Below the pieces are notes generated by a model. That model was not told where the DNA came from and searched no databases. It was given only the letters and a program-made list of their open reading frames with translations. Made by a program: the position numbers and the translations under genes. A stretch of 63,178 bases of DNA, counting the filler, from Octopus bimaculoides (lineage: Eukaryota), in NCBI RefSeq assembly GCF_001194135.2. It is 8 parts of 8 records of this genome, joined end to end, with 100 filler letters (N's around TTAATTAATTAA, not from the genome) between each part and the next. Parts side by side here need not be neighbours in the genome. Positions count along the whole stretch, not along the records: positions 36,099 to 40,236 come from NC_068999.1; positions 40,337 to 50,898 come from NC_068984.1; 6 more parts are not named here. The stretch is one strand, 5' to 3'. Shown here piece by piece: positions 36,891 through 48,215 of this stretch. Position 1 is the stretch's first letter. Every line of letters begins with the position of its first letter.

Positions 36891-37220
36891 TTCTATATTT
36901 GAGAGATGAGGAATTATGTACATTATTTACATTATTTACATTTGACGGATATTTGATGGGCATATAGCGTAGTGGTTAAGAGCGCGGGCTACTAACCCCA
37001 AGATTCCGAGTTCGATTCCAGGCAGTGACCTGAATAATAATAATAATAATAATAACAACAACAACAACAACAAAAAACATCGAAAAATACCTTAGGAATG
37101 AGAACCCAGGTTCGAAATTTCTCCAAGACACCTGATGAAGGCTGGAGAGTATATCAGCCGAAACGTTGTGTTAACAACAAACAAGATGAGGACAAATATC
37201 CGTCAAATGTAAATAATGTA
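36890..37220 (+). mobile_element. tRNA-headed short element carrying a hammerhead ribozyme, with an inverted copy of its 3' tail at the 5' side
   Basis: A box tagcgtagtgg (36965-36975), B box gagttcgattcc (37008-37019), (AAT)(AAC)n linker, hammerhead 37128-37171, 28 bp perfect inverted repeat 36928-36955 / 37193-37220. Confidence 0.8.
37128..37171 (+). ncRNA. Minimal type I hammerhead ribozyme, intact core
   Basis: Stem I acac/gtgt; CTGATGA 37132-37138; stem II ggctg/cagcc; GAAA 37160-37163; palindromic AACGTT stem III; predicted cleavage after GUU at 37167. Confidence 0.85.
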
Positions 37221-37281
37221 TAAATATATATACATACCACACACATGAACATACACACACATATACACACACATATATACA

Positions 37282-37837
37282 CAGGGTGGCCATTGGAAAG
37301 CTGAAGGGTTTGAAAAAATCATGACTTGTTCGTTTTCAATCATTTTTCTTTTCCTTTCTTTGCATGTTATAGAACATCCCTTGGAGATTAAAATGGCTAC
37401 GTATGACGTCTAGCAACGAGTAAATCTCATAGAGTTTTTCTATTCCTTTAAATGATCAATTATTCAAATTCAGAGAAAATTACGGCAACAATTTACTGTC
37501 AGAGTATCCCCAAGAGATAACATGATTCGGAACCTAATCGCCCGGTTTGAAAGAACTGGATCAGTCGGCGATCTTCCGAGAAGAGGTCATAAGCGCACTG
37601 TGCGCACTGGCGCAGCGATGGAAGCTGTACAGCAGAGAGTCCTTGAAGATCCATCAGCCTCTATCCGTCGTCACTCTGCTCAACTAGACATCACCAGAAC
37701 ATCGCTTCAGAAGATTCTGAAATTGGATTTTAAAATGTTTCCATCCAAATAAATAAAAAAAAATAAAAGCCATGTATTTGTAAAAGTTATTTTTGTCATG
37801 TATCATGCAGTCTTTCAGTGGCCTAACCCTAACCCTG
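37282..37837 (+). mobile_element. Internally deleted Tc1/mariner element
   Basis: TIRs cagggtggccattggaaagctg / cagtctttcagtggcc..ccctg|TA. MIRNLIARFERTGSVGDLPRRGHKRT...SASIRRHSAQLDITRTSLQKILK is an HTH region. Confidence 0.8.
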
Positions 37838-37866
37838 TATACGTATCTATGAACTATATGTATGCG

Positions 37867-37994
<128 letters not shown>

Positions 37995-38070
37995 GATATT
38001 TATGAAATATTCTATATTACACACAGGCACACATACACACACACACACGATGCCAACAGATGTATTGTGG

Positions 38071-38156
38071 CTCACTACAGCTGTTTCAGACGTTTTGTTT
38101 TTTATTGATGAAGAGAAGTGTTACCTCATGCAGAAACACCGTTTTCATCAGGTGAA
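38071..38156 (-). ncRNA. Type I hammerhead ribozyme with extended stem II
   Basis: Minus: ttcac-CTGATGA-aaacg...cgtct-GAAACAGCTGTA-gtgag. Stem I has 4 Watson-Crick pairs plus a wobble; stem II has one mismatch. Confidence 0.7.
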
Positions 38157-38159
38157 TAC

Positions 38160-38700
38160 AAGTAAGAATTAACAATTAGAACTTCTCAAGAACAAGTAGA
38201 TAGTGCCAGATGACTCAGTCGACCCAAATTCAATCACTACGCCAATCAAACACTTTTAATGTAATTCAAACATAAACACAGGCGAAAAACAACTTGAATC
38301 GACTGTAAACAGCGTGTAAACTTCTAAAATCGCTTTTAGTCATTGACATCATCAGCGAAATAAGCATTACTTGTATGCCCAAGTAGATTCAGTGTAAAGG
38401 AGACATCGTAGAATTTCGTATGGTCAATTGCTGTTGGAAATTGAAAGTATTTCTAATCTCACGGCAATTCGACTTACCAGTATTTCAAGAACTCTCATTT
38501 GGATAAAATTTAATCAATGCAGACTCAAATAAGTTTCCTCCGATTCCTGACTTCACTCTGGATTTCATATAAACTGGGTTAGTATGAATTACATCAGTGA
38601 AACGATCAAAGTAATTGTCCCAAGGAATTTGTATCACATGTATTAATAATATCGTAACAATGGAATCCTATTTTTCAATAATAAATGCTTTATCATCATT
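38160..38700 (-). mobile_element. Decayed PLE endonuclease C-terminus upstream of the 38071 hammerhead
   Basis: Minus frames HVIQIPWDN and GNLFESALIKFYPN..NTG resemble PLE 'H.I.WD...' and 'ES..I...N.N...G' motifs. Confidence 0.45.
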
Positions 38701-39049
38701 ATTTTAAGATGATTCATGCATTTTCACGATATTATACATAATTATATCTGTGTACGCACATCATTATCCACAGAAAATACATACATACGATCCAAATTTT
38801 CTGTAATGTATGTATGTATACATATATATATATGTGTGTGTTTGTGTGTGTGTGTGTGTGTTTGTGTGTGTGCATGTATATGTACATGCATATATGCGTG
38901 CGTATGTATTTGTATGTGTGTACCTATTTATGTGGATGTATTTGTAGGTATATATGGATTCATACGTATGTACATGTGTGTGTGTGCGTATTGGTATTTC
39001 TATATGTGTACGTGTATGTATTTACATGTATATATATATATATTTATTT

Positions 39050-39497
39050 ATGTGTTTCAGCCAAGTGGCTGCGGTCATGCTGGTGCACCGTATTTTTAAA
39101 ATTCTTTTATTTGTTTCAGTCATTTGACAGCAGCCATGCTGGAGCACCACATTTAGTCGAACAAATCGACACCAGGACATATTTTTTGTAAGCTTAGTAC
39201 TTATTCTATCGGTCTCTTTTTGCCGAACCGCTAAGTTACGGGAACGTAAACGCACCAACATCAGTTGTCAAGCGATGGTAGGGGACAAACAGACACACAA
39301 ACACACACACACACACACACACCACACACATATACGACGGGCTTCCTTCAGTTTCCGTCTACCAAATCACTTACAAGGCTTTGGTCGGCTTGAGGCTATA
39401 GTAGAAGACACTTGCCCAAGGTGCCACGCAGTGGAACTTAACCCCAGAACCATGTGGTTGGTAAGCAAGCTACTTACCACACAGCCACTCCTGCGTC
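39050..39497 (-). mobile_element. SINE family A, full length, with duplicated tail end
   Basis: Head 39497-39335, tail 39330-39110, and a second ggccatgctgg-like tail end at 39050-39100. Confidence 0.85.
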
Positions 39498-39539
39498 TAT
39501 TATATANNNNNNNNNNNNNNNNNNNNNNNNNNATATACA

Positions 39540-39960
39540 TACATATATATGTTTATATATGCATATATGGGTACAGGACATCACAAAACGTAAACAACAT
39601 GAAATACGAAAACAAAGTTGGGTGCGGAAACAATGAGAGAAACAAATGGAAAACAAGACAAGTAACATAAAGAATGACCCTTCGTCAGTTGTCGGCTATC
39701 CATCTACACCTCATTTCAAGCATTGAACGACAATATGAGACTTCGAAGGCAATTGCTCCCATAAAAGCCAAAATAAAATTTGGGATTTTGCCGAGGGTCA
39801 AAGCTGGTAACAAAAACAGGACAGTGGGGACATACAAGGAAACCGAACGAAAACAAACATGGAGGGTCGTTAGACCAGACAAAATAAAGTAGCGAACGCT
39901 GGAGAAATATTGTCTTTGACAAGAGAAAAGTTAGAAGAGGAGAGAGATAGGAATACGTGC
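39540..39960 (-). repeat. Unclassified interspersed repeat, homologous to 43700-44170 (+)
   Basis: cactgtcctgtttttgtta..caaattttattt..cgaagtc..gacaactgacgaaggg..gatgtcctgtacccatatatgc is shared with the second copy. Confidence 0.75.
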
Positions 39961-39983
39961 AGTCTGTAAGGAATACTGTGCAG

Positions 39984-40236
39984 GCGAAATGGCCCAATGG
40001 TTAGGGCAGCGGACTCGCAGTCATAAGATCGGGGTTTCGATTCTCAGACCGGACTTGAGTGTTTATTGAGCGAAAACATCTAAAGCTCCACGAGGCTCCG
40101 GCAGGGAATGGTGGAAAACCCTGCTTTACTCTCTCAACACAACTTTCACTCATTCTTCCTGTTTCTGTTGTACATATATTTCGAAGGGCCAGCATTGTCA
40201 CGCTCTGTGTGACGCTGAATCTCCAGTGGTTTACCG
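39984..40236 (+). mobile_element. tRNA-derived SINE family D, truncated by gap
   Basis: ggcgaaatggcccaatggttagggc..ggtttcgattc..gtttattgagcgaaaac..taaagctccacgagg; same head as 60116. Confidence 0.8.
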
Positions 40237-40336
40237 NNNNNNNNNNNNNNNNNNNNNNNNNNNNNNNNNNNNNNNNNNNNTTAATTAATTAANNNNNNNN
40301 NNNNNNNNNNNNNNNNNNNNNNNNNNNNNNNNNNNN

Positions 40337-40372
<36 letters not shown>

Positions 40373-40886
40373 CATACATATATATATGTGTATATATATA
40401 CATATATACAATATATATAAATATACGTATATGTATATATATACATATATGCATACATATTTACATATATATAAGTATTTGTATATCTGTGTTTCTCAAT
40501 ATATATATATAGACTTTATTACGCTGTATTTCAAATACATCTTATGCTTTAACTTAAAATATTCTGATATATTTAATTATGTTATTCTTTTTTTTTACTT
40601 GACATTAAGATTAAAATTTATACCTGAAACTTCACGACCTTTTATAGAAGCTGAATTTGGTTGCAGGAAAATAAATTGAAAGGGAGTTGACAAAATAAAC
40701 CAAAAAAAATGTGTAAAAAAACAAAATGTGTTATAACTTCTACATTTGTGTGAACATGTTATACGGTGTCTGGTTAGATCTACAAATTATTGTATTTTCT
40801 CAGTTTAGATTTACATTATTTGTTTCTTTCGGAGCATATTTTTTTTCATTTCTATCTATCTATCTATTTATCTATCTATTTATCTG

Positions 40887-40944
<58 letters not shown>

Positions 40945-41640
40945 GATCGATCGATCAATCGATCTGTCTGTCTGCCTGTCTGTCTGTCTATTTATACGTA
41001 TGTATATATAAATATATGTATGTATATATGTATAATTCAAGCACAGGATAAAATCTTTATAAGAATTTATCAAGTAGTTAGCGTGAAAAAACCTCATAAG
41101 GGAATATCCATCATTTATTCCCTATAAATATATTTATATAAGGGCATTAATATACATAAATGCCTCACGCTAAGAGGGACTCTAAAATCAAACTACCATA
41201 ATAAACACATTTTTACCGAACGCGAGGGAATGCAACTCTCAAAGCTAGCCCCCTAAAAACAGACTGTATATATATATATATATATATATATAATGCAAGA
41301 GAGTTAGGGGTTGAGGATTCAACCCACTAAGGGATAGTATCTATCCAATATACTGCTGGGAGGGTACCCAATTATTGTTACACTAGTGTTATACCAAGTG
41401 TAATAAGTGGGTGCGGGTAAAAAGGGCTTATTTTACCCTAAATTTATATAGCAATAAGAAAATGGAGGAGAATATGGGGTATCCATCGACTTGCAGACAG
41501 TGTATTCCATTGAATTAATTTGTTTATTTTGCAACTAAAATGACAAAAACCACAATATGCAGATGCTTATGACATACCATGTCATATTAAGAATTAAGGT
41601 TACAAATATAAAGTACATTTAACAATTGGAGAATATACAG

Positions 41641-41773
41641 AAACTTACAGCTGTTTCGGCCTAGCGTTGGCATGCCCATTCTATCTCTATAGCTCCTGTG
41701 TGCCGGAGTAATTAGCAGATAAAGATGATGTAATGGGGGTACATGCATGATTCGATAGGCCTCTTCAGAGATT
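41641..41773 (-). ncRNA. Type I hammerhead ribozyme with about 95 nt stem II insertion
   Basis: Minus: aatct-CTGAAGA-ggcctatcg...cgctaggcc-GAAACAGCTGTA-agttt. Stem II 8 of 9 paired; stem I 4 of 5 paired. Confidence 0.75.
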
Positions 41774-41825
41774 CACAAATTTCAATACAAATATAAAATA
41801 AAAAATAAAAAATTTATATTTATAC

Positions 41826-41927
41826 TTGGCACAGATTAACCTTTGGCACAGATTAACCTATGGCACAGATTAACCTTTGGCACAGATTAACCTTTGGCAC
41901 AGATTAACCTTTGGCACAGATTAACCT
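41826..41927 (+). repeat. Tandem repeat, 6 x 17 bp (ttggcacagattaacct)
   Basis: Six head-to-tail units, one with a single substitution, no spacers. Confidence 0.95.
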
Positions 41928-42680
41928 TGACTGCTACTCTGCATGCACACCACGTTTTAACGTTCTAGCTCACTTCCGTTGTTAACAGCAGTGCTTGGAA
42001 TTAGCGCGTGTAATGTGTGATCATCGCCTTGACCTTGATAGAGAAAGTTGGGCAGAACATCTGCATCAAATTTTGCAAAAATCGTGTCGATACCTGTTTA
42101 GAGGCCTACGAAAAATTTTCAAAACGTTTTCATCGTTCTCGACACTATGAAAGAGATTTTGTGCAACTGAAACTAGAATGTCTTTTTGGTCATCTGAAAG
42201 CAGTGTTGATACAAACTTGGCAGACACACGTCTCATACTCAAATTTTCGGTGATAATGGACTGAACTGAACCGTAGCTAATCTGCACATCCTCTGATAAC
42301 TCAAAGATGGTCATTCGACGATTTCCCCTCACAGCTGCACGCACATCAGCGATGTTTGTCTTTGTTCTGTTGGTTGCGGGTCTCCCAGAACGTTCTTAAA
42401 TATCGACATCTTTTCGGCAATCTTGGAAACATCTGAAACACTCTTACACTTGTATGTGATTCATACACGCCTCTCCATGCACTTTCTGCAACTTTGCGTA
42501 GGCCTCTGAGCAGGTATCACCATGACAAGTTTTTCTGTTATGGTCAATCCGACGATCACACGCTACCCACGTTACTTCCAAGCACTGCTGTAAACAGGAG
42601 AAATGAGTTACAACGTTAAAACTTAGTGTGCATAGAGTGCAGCAGAGGCCAAAGTAAATCTGTGCCAAATGGATTCACTC
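41826..42680. mobile_element. mariner-derived foldback: two 5' ends in inverted orientation
   Basis: Plus 42050-42125: QNICIKFCKNRVDTCLEAYEKF. Minus: GDTCSEAYAKLQKVHGEACM and RRMTIFELSEDVQISYGSVQSIITENLSMRRVSAKFV. Left arm gcacaccacgttttaacgtt..cagcagtgcttggaa matches the reverse complement of 42480-42640. Confidence 0.75.
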
Positions 42681-42742
42681 AGTGTGCTTTAGCTTCGTTA
42701 ATATGGCGACAGTCCGGATGCTTATTGATCGAATCACGTATA

Positions 42743-42810
<68 letters not shown>

Positions 42811-43699
42811 CATCATATATTGTATATATGTATGCATATAAATATATGCCTCGTACATAAGTGCGTGTGTGTATATATATACATATATATATATATATAC
42901 ACATGTATTTCTNNNNNNNNNNNNNNNNNNNNNNNNNNNNNNNNNNNNNNNNNNNNNNNNNNNNNNNNNNNNNNNNNNNNNNNNNNNNNNNNNNNNNNNN
43001 NNNNNNNNNNNNNNNNNNNNNNNNNNNNNNNNNNNNNNNNNNNNNNNNNNNNNNNNNNNNNNNNNNNNNNNNNNNNNNNNNNNNNNNNNNNNNNNNNNNN
43101 NNNNNNNNNNNNNNNNNNNNNNNNNNNNNNNNNNNNNNNNNNNNNNNNNNNNNNNNNNNNNNNNNNNNNNNNNNNNNNNNNNNNNNNNNNNNNNNNNNNN
43201 NNNNNNNNNNNNNNNNNNNNNNNNNNNNNNNNNNNNNNNNNNNNNNNNNNNNNNNNNNNNNNNNNNNNNNNNNNNNNNNNNNNNNNNNNNNNNNNNNNNN
43301 NNNNNNNNNNNNNNNNNNNNNNNNNNNNNNNNNNNNNNNNNNNNNNNNNNNNNNNNNNNNNNNNNNNNNNNNNNNNNNNNNNNNNNNNNNNNNNNNNNNN
43401 NNNNNNNNNNNNNNNNNNNNNNNNNNNNNNNNNNNNNNNNNNNNNNNNNNNNNNNNNNNNNNNNNNNNNNNNNNNNNNNNNNNNNNNNNNNNNNNNNNNN
43501 NNNNNNNNNNNNNNNNNNNNNNNNNNNNNNNNNNNNNNNNNNNNNNNNNNNNNNNNNNNNNNTCTTCATCCTTTCTGTTTTTCTCTCCCACCCTTTCCCT
43601 ATTCTCCTCCTCACCCCTTCACCGTTCCCTGTCTCTCTCACTCTTCCTCCTTGACTCTCTCGTCGCTGACACGTGACGAAAGGGGATCTATCTTTCTGA

Positions 43700-44170
43700 T
43701 CATTTCCTTCCTAAAAAAAAGACGAGCCTCGCCTGCCTTCTCTCATGGCTCGTTCTCCTTATGCTCATAATAATTTTTGGATTGTCTTGGCTCAAAAGCC
43801 CTCACCGTTTGTTTTTACTGTCTTGTTCGCACTGTCCTGTTCTTGTTAACACTTTCACCCTCCGCAAAAAATCGCAAATTTTATTTAATTTGCCTTGCGG
43901 GAAGGACTGTTTCAACGAAGTCGCGTATTGTCCTTACCTTGGAAACGCGGAGTAGATGAAACAGGGACAACTGAGGAAGGGGTAGATTATTTATGTTGCA
44001 TATCTCGTTTTTCTGTTTGTTTGTTTTTTTTTTCGTTGTTCAGAAAATAGTTCGTTTTCTATGTTTTCGTTTTTATGTTTTCGTTTCTCATTGTGTTTAA
44101 CGTTTTTTATGTCCTGTACCCATATATGCATGTATATATACATATATATGTAGGTATGTACATATATTCA
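43700..44170 (+). repeat. Unclassified interspersed repeat, homologous to 39540-39960 (-)
   Basis: See partner copy. Contains gacaactgaggaaggg. Confidence 0.75.
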
Positions 44171-44295
44171 TGTGTATATGCATATATTTATATATTATTT
44201 ATATTAAGTATATATATAAATACGTACACATATATATATACACATATATATATATTTACATACATGTATATATACATTTATACATACATACATAC

Positions 44296-44350
<55 letters not shown>

Positions 44351-44669
44351 AAAATGAAAAAAAGCCAGAATGCTGAACTGGAAGCATAATTTAATAAAGA
44401 TTTTTTCTAACCGGTTTTCATTGCGAAGGAGCAAATTATCAAGAAGAAGGAGAATGAAAATGTTTTTTTACAAAGAAGTACAAAATGAAGAAAATAATAT
44501 ATAAAACAATAATATATAAAACAATAATATATAAAAAAAATAAATATACCCATACATTATCTTGTCTTTGAGCTTTTGTAGTTCAATAGTAGTTCATGTA
44601 TAAATTGGTAGGAAAAATAAGGATGCATGAGAGTTCAGAGTTTTGTTAGGTATATATATATACACACAC

Positions 44670-44700
<31 letters not shown>

Positions 44701-46889
44701 CATACACATATGTGCATATCATATATATATACATACATTTTGGTATATACATATAAATGTCTCACAATCATAATATGATGATCTGAAATGTAAGATCTTT
44801 TTCTTCCTTCATGGCGGAGGCTCCATTTATCCAATTCTTATTTGCTTCCATTACAGCCTACATATAGTGGTCTACATCTATATACATTATGATGGATCTC
44901 CGAGTCCCCATAAACAACTCGTTTGTAATTTGTGTAATTTTGATCTATTAATATTAATATCGATATATTTATACGTATATATCCATCGTCTGGAAAAGTC
45001 TTCAGTCTTTGTTTTCTGTGTATTTGCATGTATACATAAAAACATATTTTGTATAAGAAACACAAGCTGTTTTATTTAATCTGCCTGTCCGCATCATTGC
45101 GTGTATGTATGTATGTATATAGCAATTAACTTTTTCAACTCCTCAGGATTATTAGTAACAGTCTTAATAACCTTTGTATCAGTTGTGTCACCTTCAGTCA
45201 GCACTTTTAAACCAGCCTTTACTACTGCGGAGAGGATTTCCATTAAACCTTTTACCTTTTGTTTTCTAAATACTTATGCATATACTTTTTCATTACAGAC
45301 GTTGCATAGTTTAATGTTCTGGCAAAGTGGCTGAACTTTGCCGCCGCATCAGTAACTTTTTAAACACTACGTTTATTACGCTGTAAAATTCTTTTACGGT
45401 TACTTTTACGGTTACTCATCCTTTACACTCGTTGCTTTCATTCTAGATGTCTTGAATGACATGTAAACCCAACGCTACAATAATCAAAATTTAGCCACAG
45501 GATCATAACTTTCATATTTTAAAATCATGACAGTTCTTGGAATCTATTGATATATGAATTCGTTAGTGTGTGCTTATATATGGATGAGTGTATGGATAAA
45601 TTTACATTAACTTAATTAGGTTGTCATATATGTACCTATTTATGTATACATGTGTGTATTTTTCATTAATTGGCCAATGGCATAGATATTGGCGACAAAA
45701 CCTGTAGAATGTTTTCGAACGAAGTCTTTTGAAACATTTGTTTTTTCCAGAGTTATATATACTTCATTTAAGACCGTCATCATTATTAAACCTGTGGTTA
45801 ACTTTCGGGAGTCTGTAGAAGCTGATGCTATTTTTTCAAACTCCGACGAAAATATAATAAACCAACACCGTTTTGAAGCTTACCACCAATATATCCACTT
45901 GTACAAGGATTAATATTCTATGGATGCTCTTCGTTTGAGTAAAATATTGATTTGAATTTGACTCATTATTTGACTTCCATTTTCCCTGCAATAACAGTTG
46001 ATGGATGCGAATTGTCAAAATCTCCAACAGATTTTTAAGTACTATTTTAAGTACCATTACTATGACGTAACTTAGCAAACTTAAGATACACTTATTCTAA
46101 TTTAGAGACGATGCCATCAATTCACTGTTGCAAAATGTTTCTCAAATTAAGTTTGACGAGCTAATTTCAGATAATGAAATCCAATTTGCATCACAAGATT
46201 ATCAGTTTACTGAAACAATCATTTTGATTTATTTCTTCCAGAATTAATTACAAAATGACGCCCACAAGTATAATATTTCAAACGAGTCCGAAAGTGCGTG
46301 TAACAAGCTACGTTGCACTTCACAATAGTTATATTATTTCCCATTAACTCACATTTGGAAGCAAAATGATTTATGATTACCTTTTATCTTCCTTAAGGCA
46401 TGAATATGTCTTGATAAAGTAAAGTAGCGCTGAAGGAATTTCACAAATTAATGATTGATAACTGCGACAGGTTATTATTATTATTGAATTATAAATAAAG
46501 GTATATGCTTAATATTAAAATTTCAACTTTTAGTGAAAAGTGATGCCGTTATTTATTTTCATTCTATATATTAATTAAGGGAAGACCACATTGATATAAT
46601 TTCCACATCTAGCGTTAATGTGACTATGTATGCCTTCCCTTTATGCGACATTCATTTTAACTAGGCACGCTATCTAGGCCAAGACAAAGAGAGAGTGTGT
46701 TTGTGAGAGAGAAACTGAGTACTTATATGTTGAAGTCAATCTAATGATTCATCTGTATGTTTCATAGTTTGTGCCTATGGATGCTATATTAGCAGCAATA
46801 TAGAGTTTTATAAATAGATAATATAGATGAGACGGTAGTAAAACGGTAGTATACTTTCATTGGTCTCTCAATATTTGGCACCAAATTCA

Positions 46890-47105
46890 AGGCGGCGAGC
46901 TGACAGAAACGTTAGCACACCGGGCGAAATGCTTAGCAGTATTTCGTCTGTCTTTACGTTCTGAGTTCAAATTCCGCCGAGGTCGACTTAGCCTTTCATC
47001 ATTTCGGGGTCGATAAATTAATTACCAGCTGCATACTGGGGTCGGTCTAATCGACTGGTCCCCTGCCCAAAAGTTTCGGGCCTTGTGCCTAGAGTAGAAA
47101 ACAAT
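46890..47105 (+). mobile_element. SINE family B, full length
   Basis: ggcggcgagctgacagaaacgttagc..gttctgagttcaaattcc..gtcgacttagcctttcatcatttcggggtcgataaa..ccttgtgcctagagtagaaa. Confidence 0.85.
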
Positions 47106-47994
47106 ATTTGGCATGGATTTTGATTTTGCTTTACTGCGCAAGTCAATTGCCTGTTAATACAGTAATCAATTACTTTTCTTGACTAGTATTCTTGACTAGT
47201 ATTCCTGACCAGAATAATAAAAAGTAAAGTTAAACTCAGCAGTATTGGAACAAAGAACGTAAACCACGGTACAAAATATCGCAGTGCATTTTATATACAA
47301 TATAACTATTAAAACTAATGTTCTTTATCAGTCTGTTTAAGCCGGTACGTAACGTGTTAAAGAATGTTCAATTCATTTGGCTATAGTAAGTGGCAATGAC
47401 GATATTTCACAGAAGGAAAGGATACGTAAAACAAATTAAGGGATGCTGCCAGAAACTGGTCCTCATCTTTCACCACCTACAATGTTCTAAAAGCAAAGTA
47501 GTGGCCTGTAGAATAGAAACTAAAGATGTAGATATTAGTTTCTTTTGTATTTCTATGAGATCGTAGTACTAAACCACTCATTAAATATTCATTATCTCCC
47601 GTCCTTGTAAGTTTTGCTTTCATGTCGTCTGTAATCACTTTTCCGCTTAATTCTTTTGAATATGTAACAATCAAATAATTACTTGTTTATTGTATCCATT
47701 TCATTCAGTTATACCCCACGCTATAATTGTCGGACCACATTTCCTCTTTAGGCAATCGATAAGTTATGTTCACAAAAATTCTCGGAAATAAAAGCAGTTT
47801 CAAAGTGCTAATAGTACTAGCCGGAAACCCACACAAACTATAATAAATTTAAAAGCATAAAAGAGACATCAAATGAGGTACACCTCGCTTACAAGCATAG
47901 AAAATACGCATGATCATGAGTGGAATCGTTTTTATTAAAGGCATGATCAATCAGGATAAACTCAGGGTAAAATACAATAGTAATATTTGTGAAA

Positions 47995-48215
47995 GGATAA
48001 AGCGGCGAGCTAGCAGACTATTTAGTATGCCAAGCAAAATGCTTAGCGGCATTTCGTCTGTTTTACGTTCCGAGCTCAAATTCCGATGAGGCCGATTTTG
48101 CCCTTCGTCCTTTCGGGGGCTATAAAATAAGTATCAGTTGAAAACAGATCGATGTAATCGACTTATCCTCTCCCCCGAAATTGCTGATCTTGTGCCAAAA
48201 TTTTAAACCAATATT
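47995..48215 (+). mobile_element. SINE family B, diverged
   Basis: Same head and body as 46890. Confidence 0.75.

Noticed and set aside
41826-41927. CRISPR-like appearance of short direct repeats (also 28890-29235 and 53163-53219)
   Set aside because: Head-to-tail units without unique spacers, no cas genes, eukaryotic context.
43938-43970. Apparent 33 nt minus-strand microexon (ccccttcctcag | ... ccaag | gtaagg; VPVSSTPRFQ)
   Set aside because: The splice signals look good, but the segment lies inside the interspersed repeat shared with 39540-39960, where the signals are not kept. It would need junction reads to revive.
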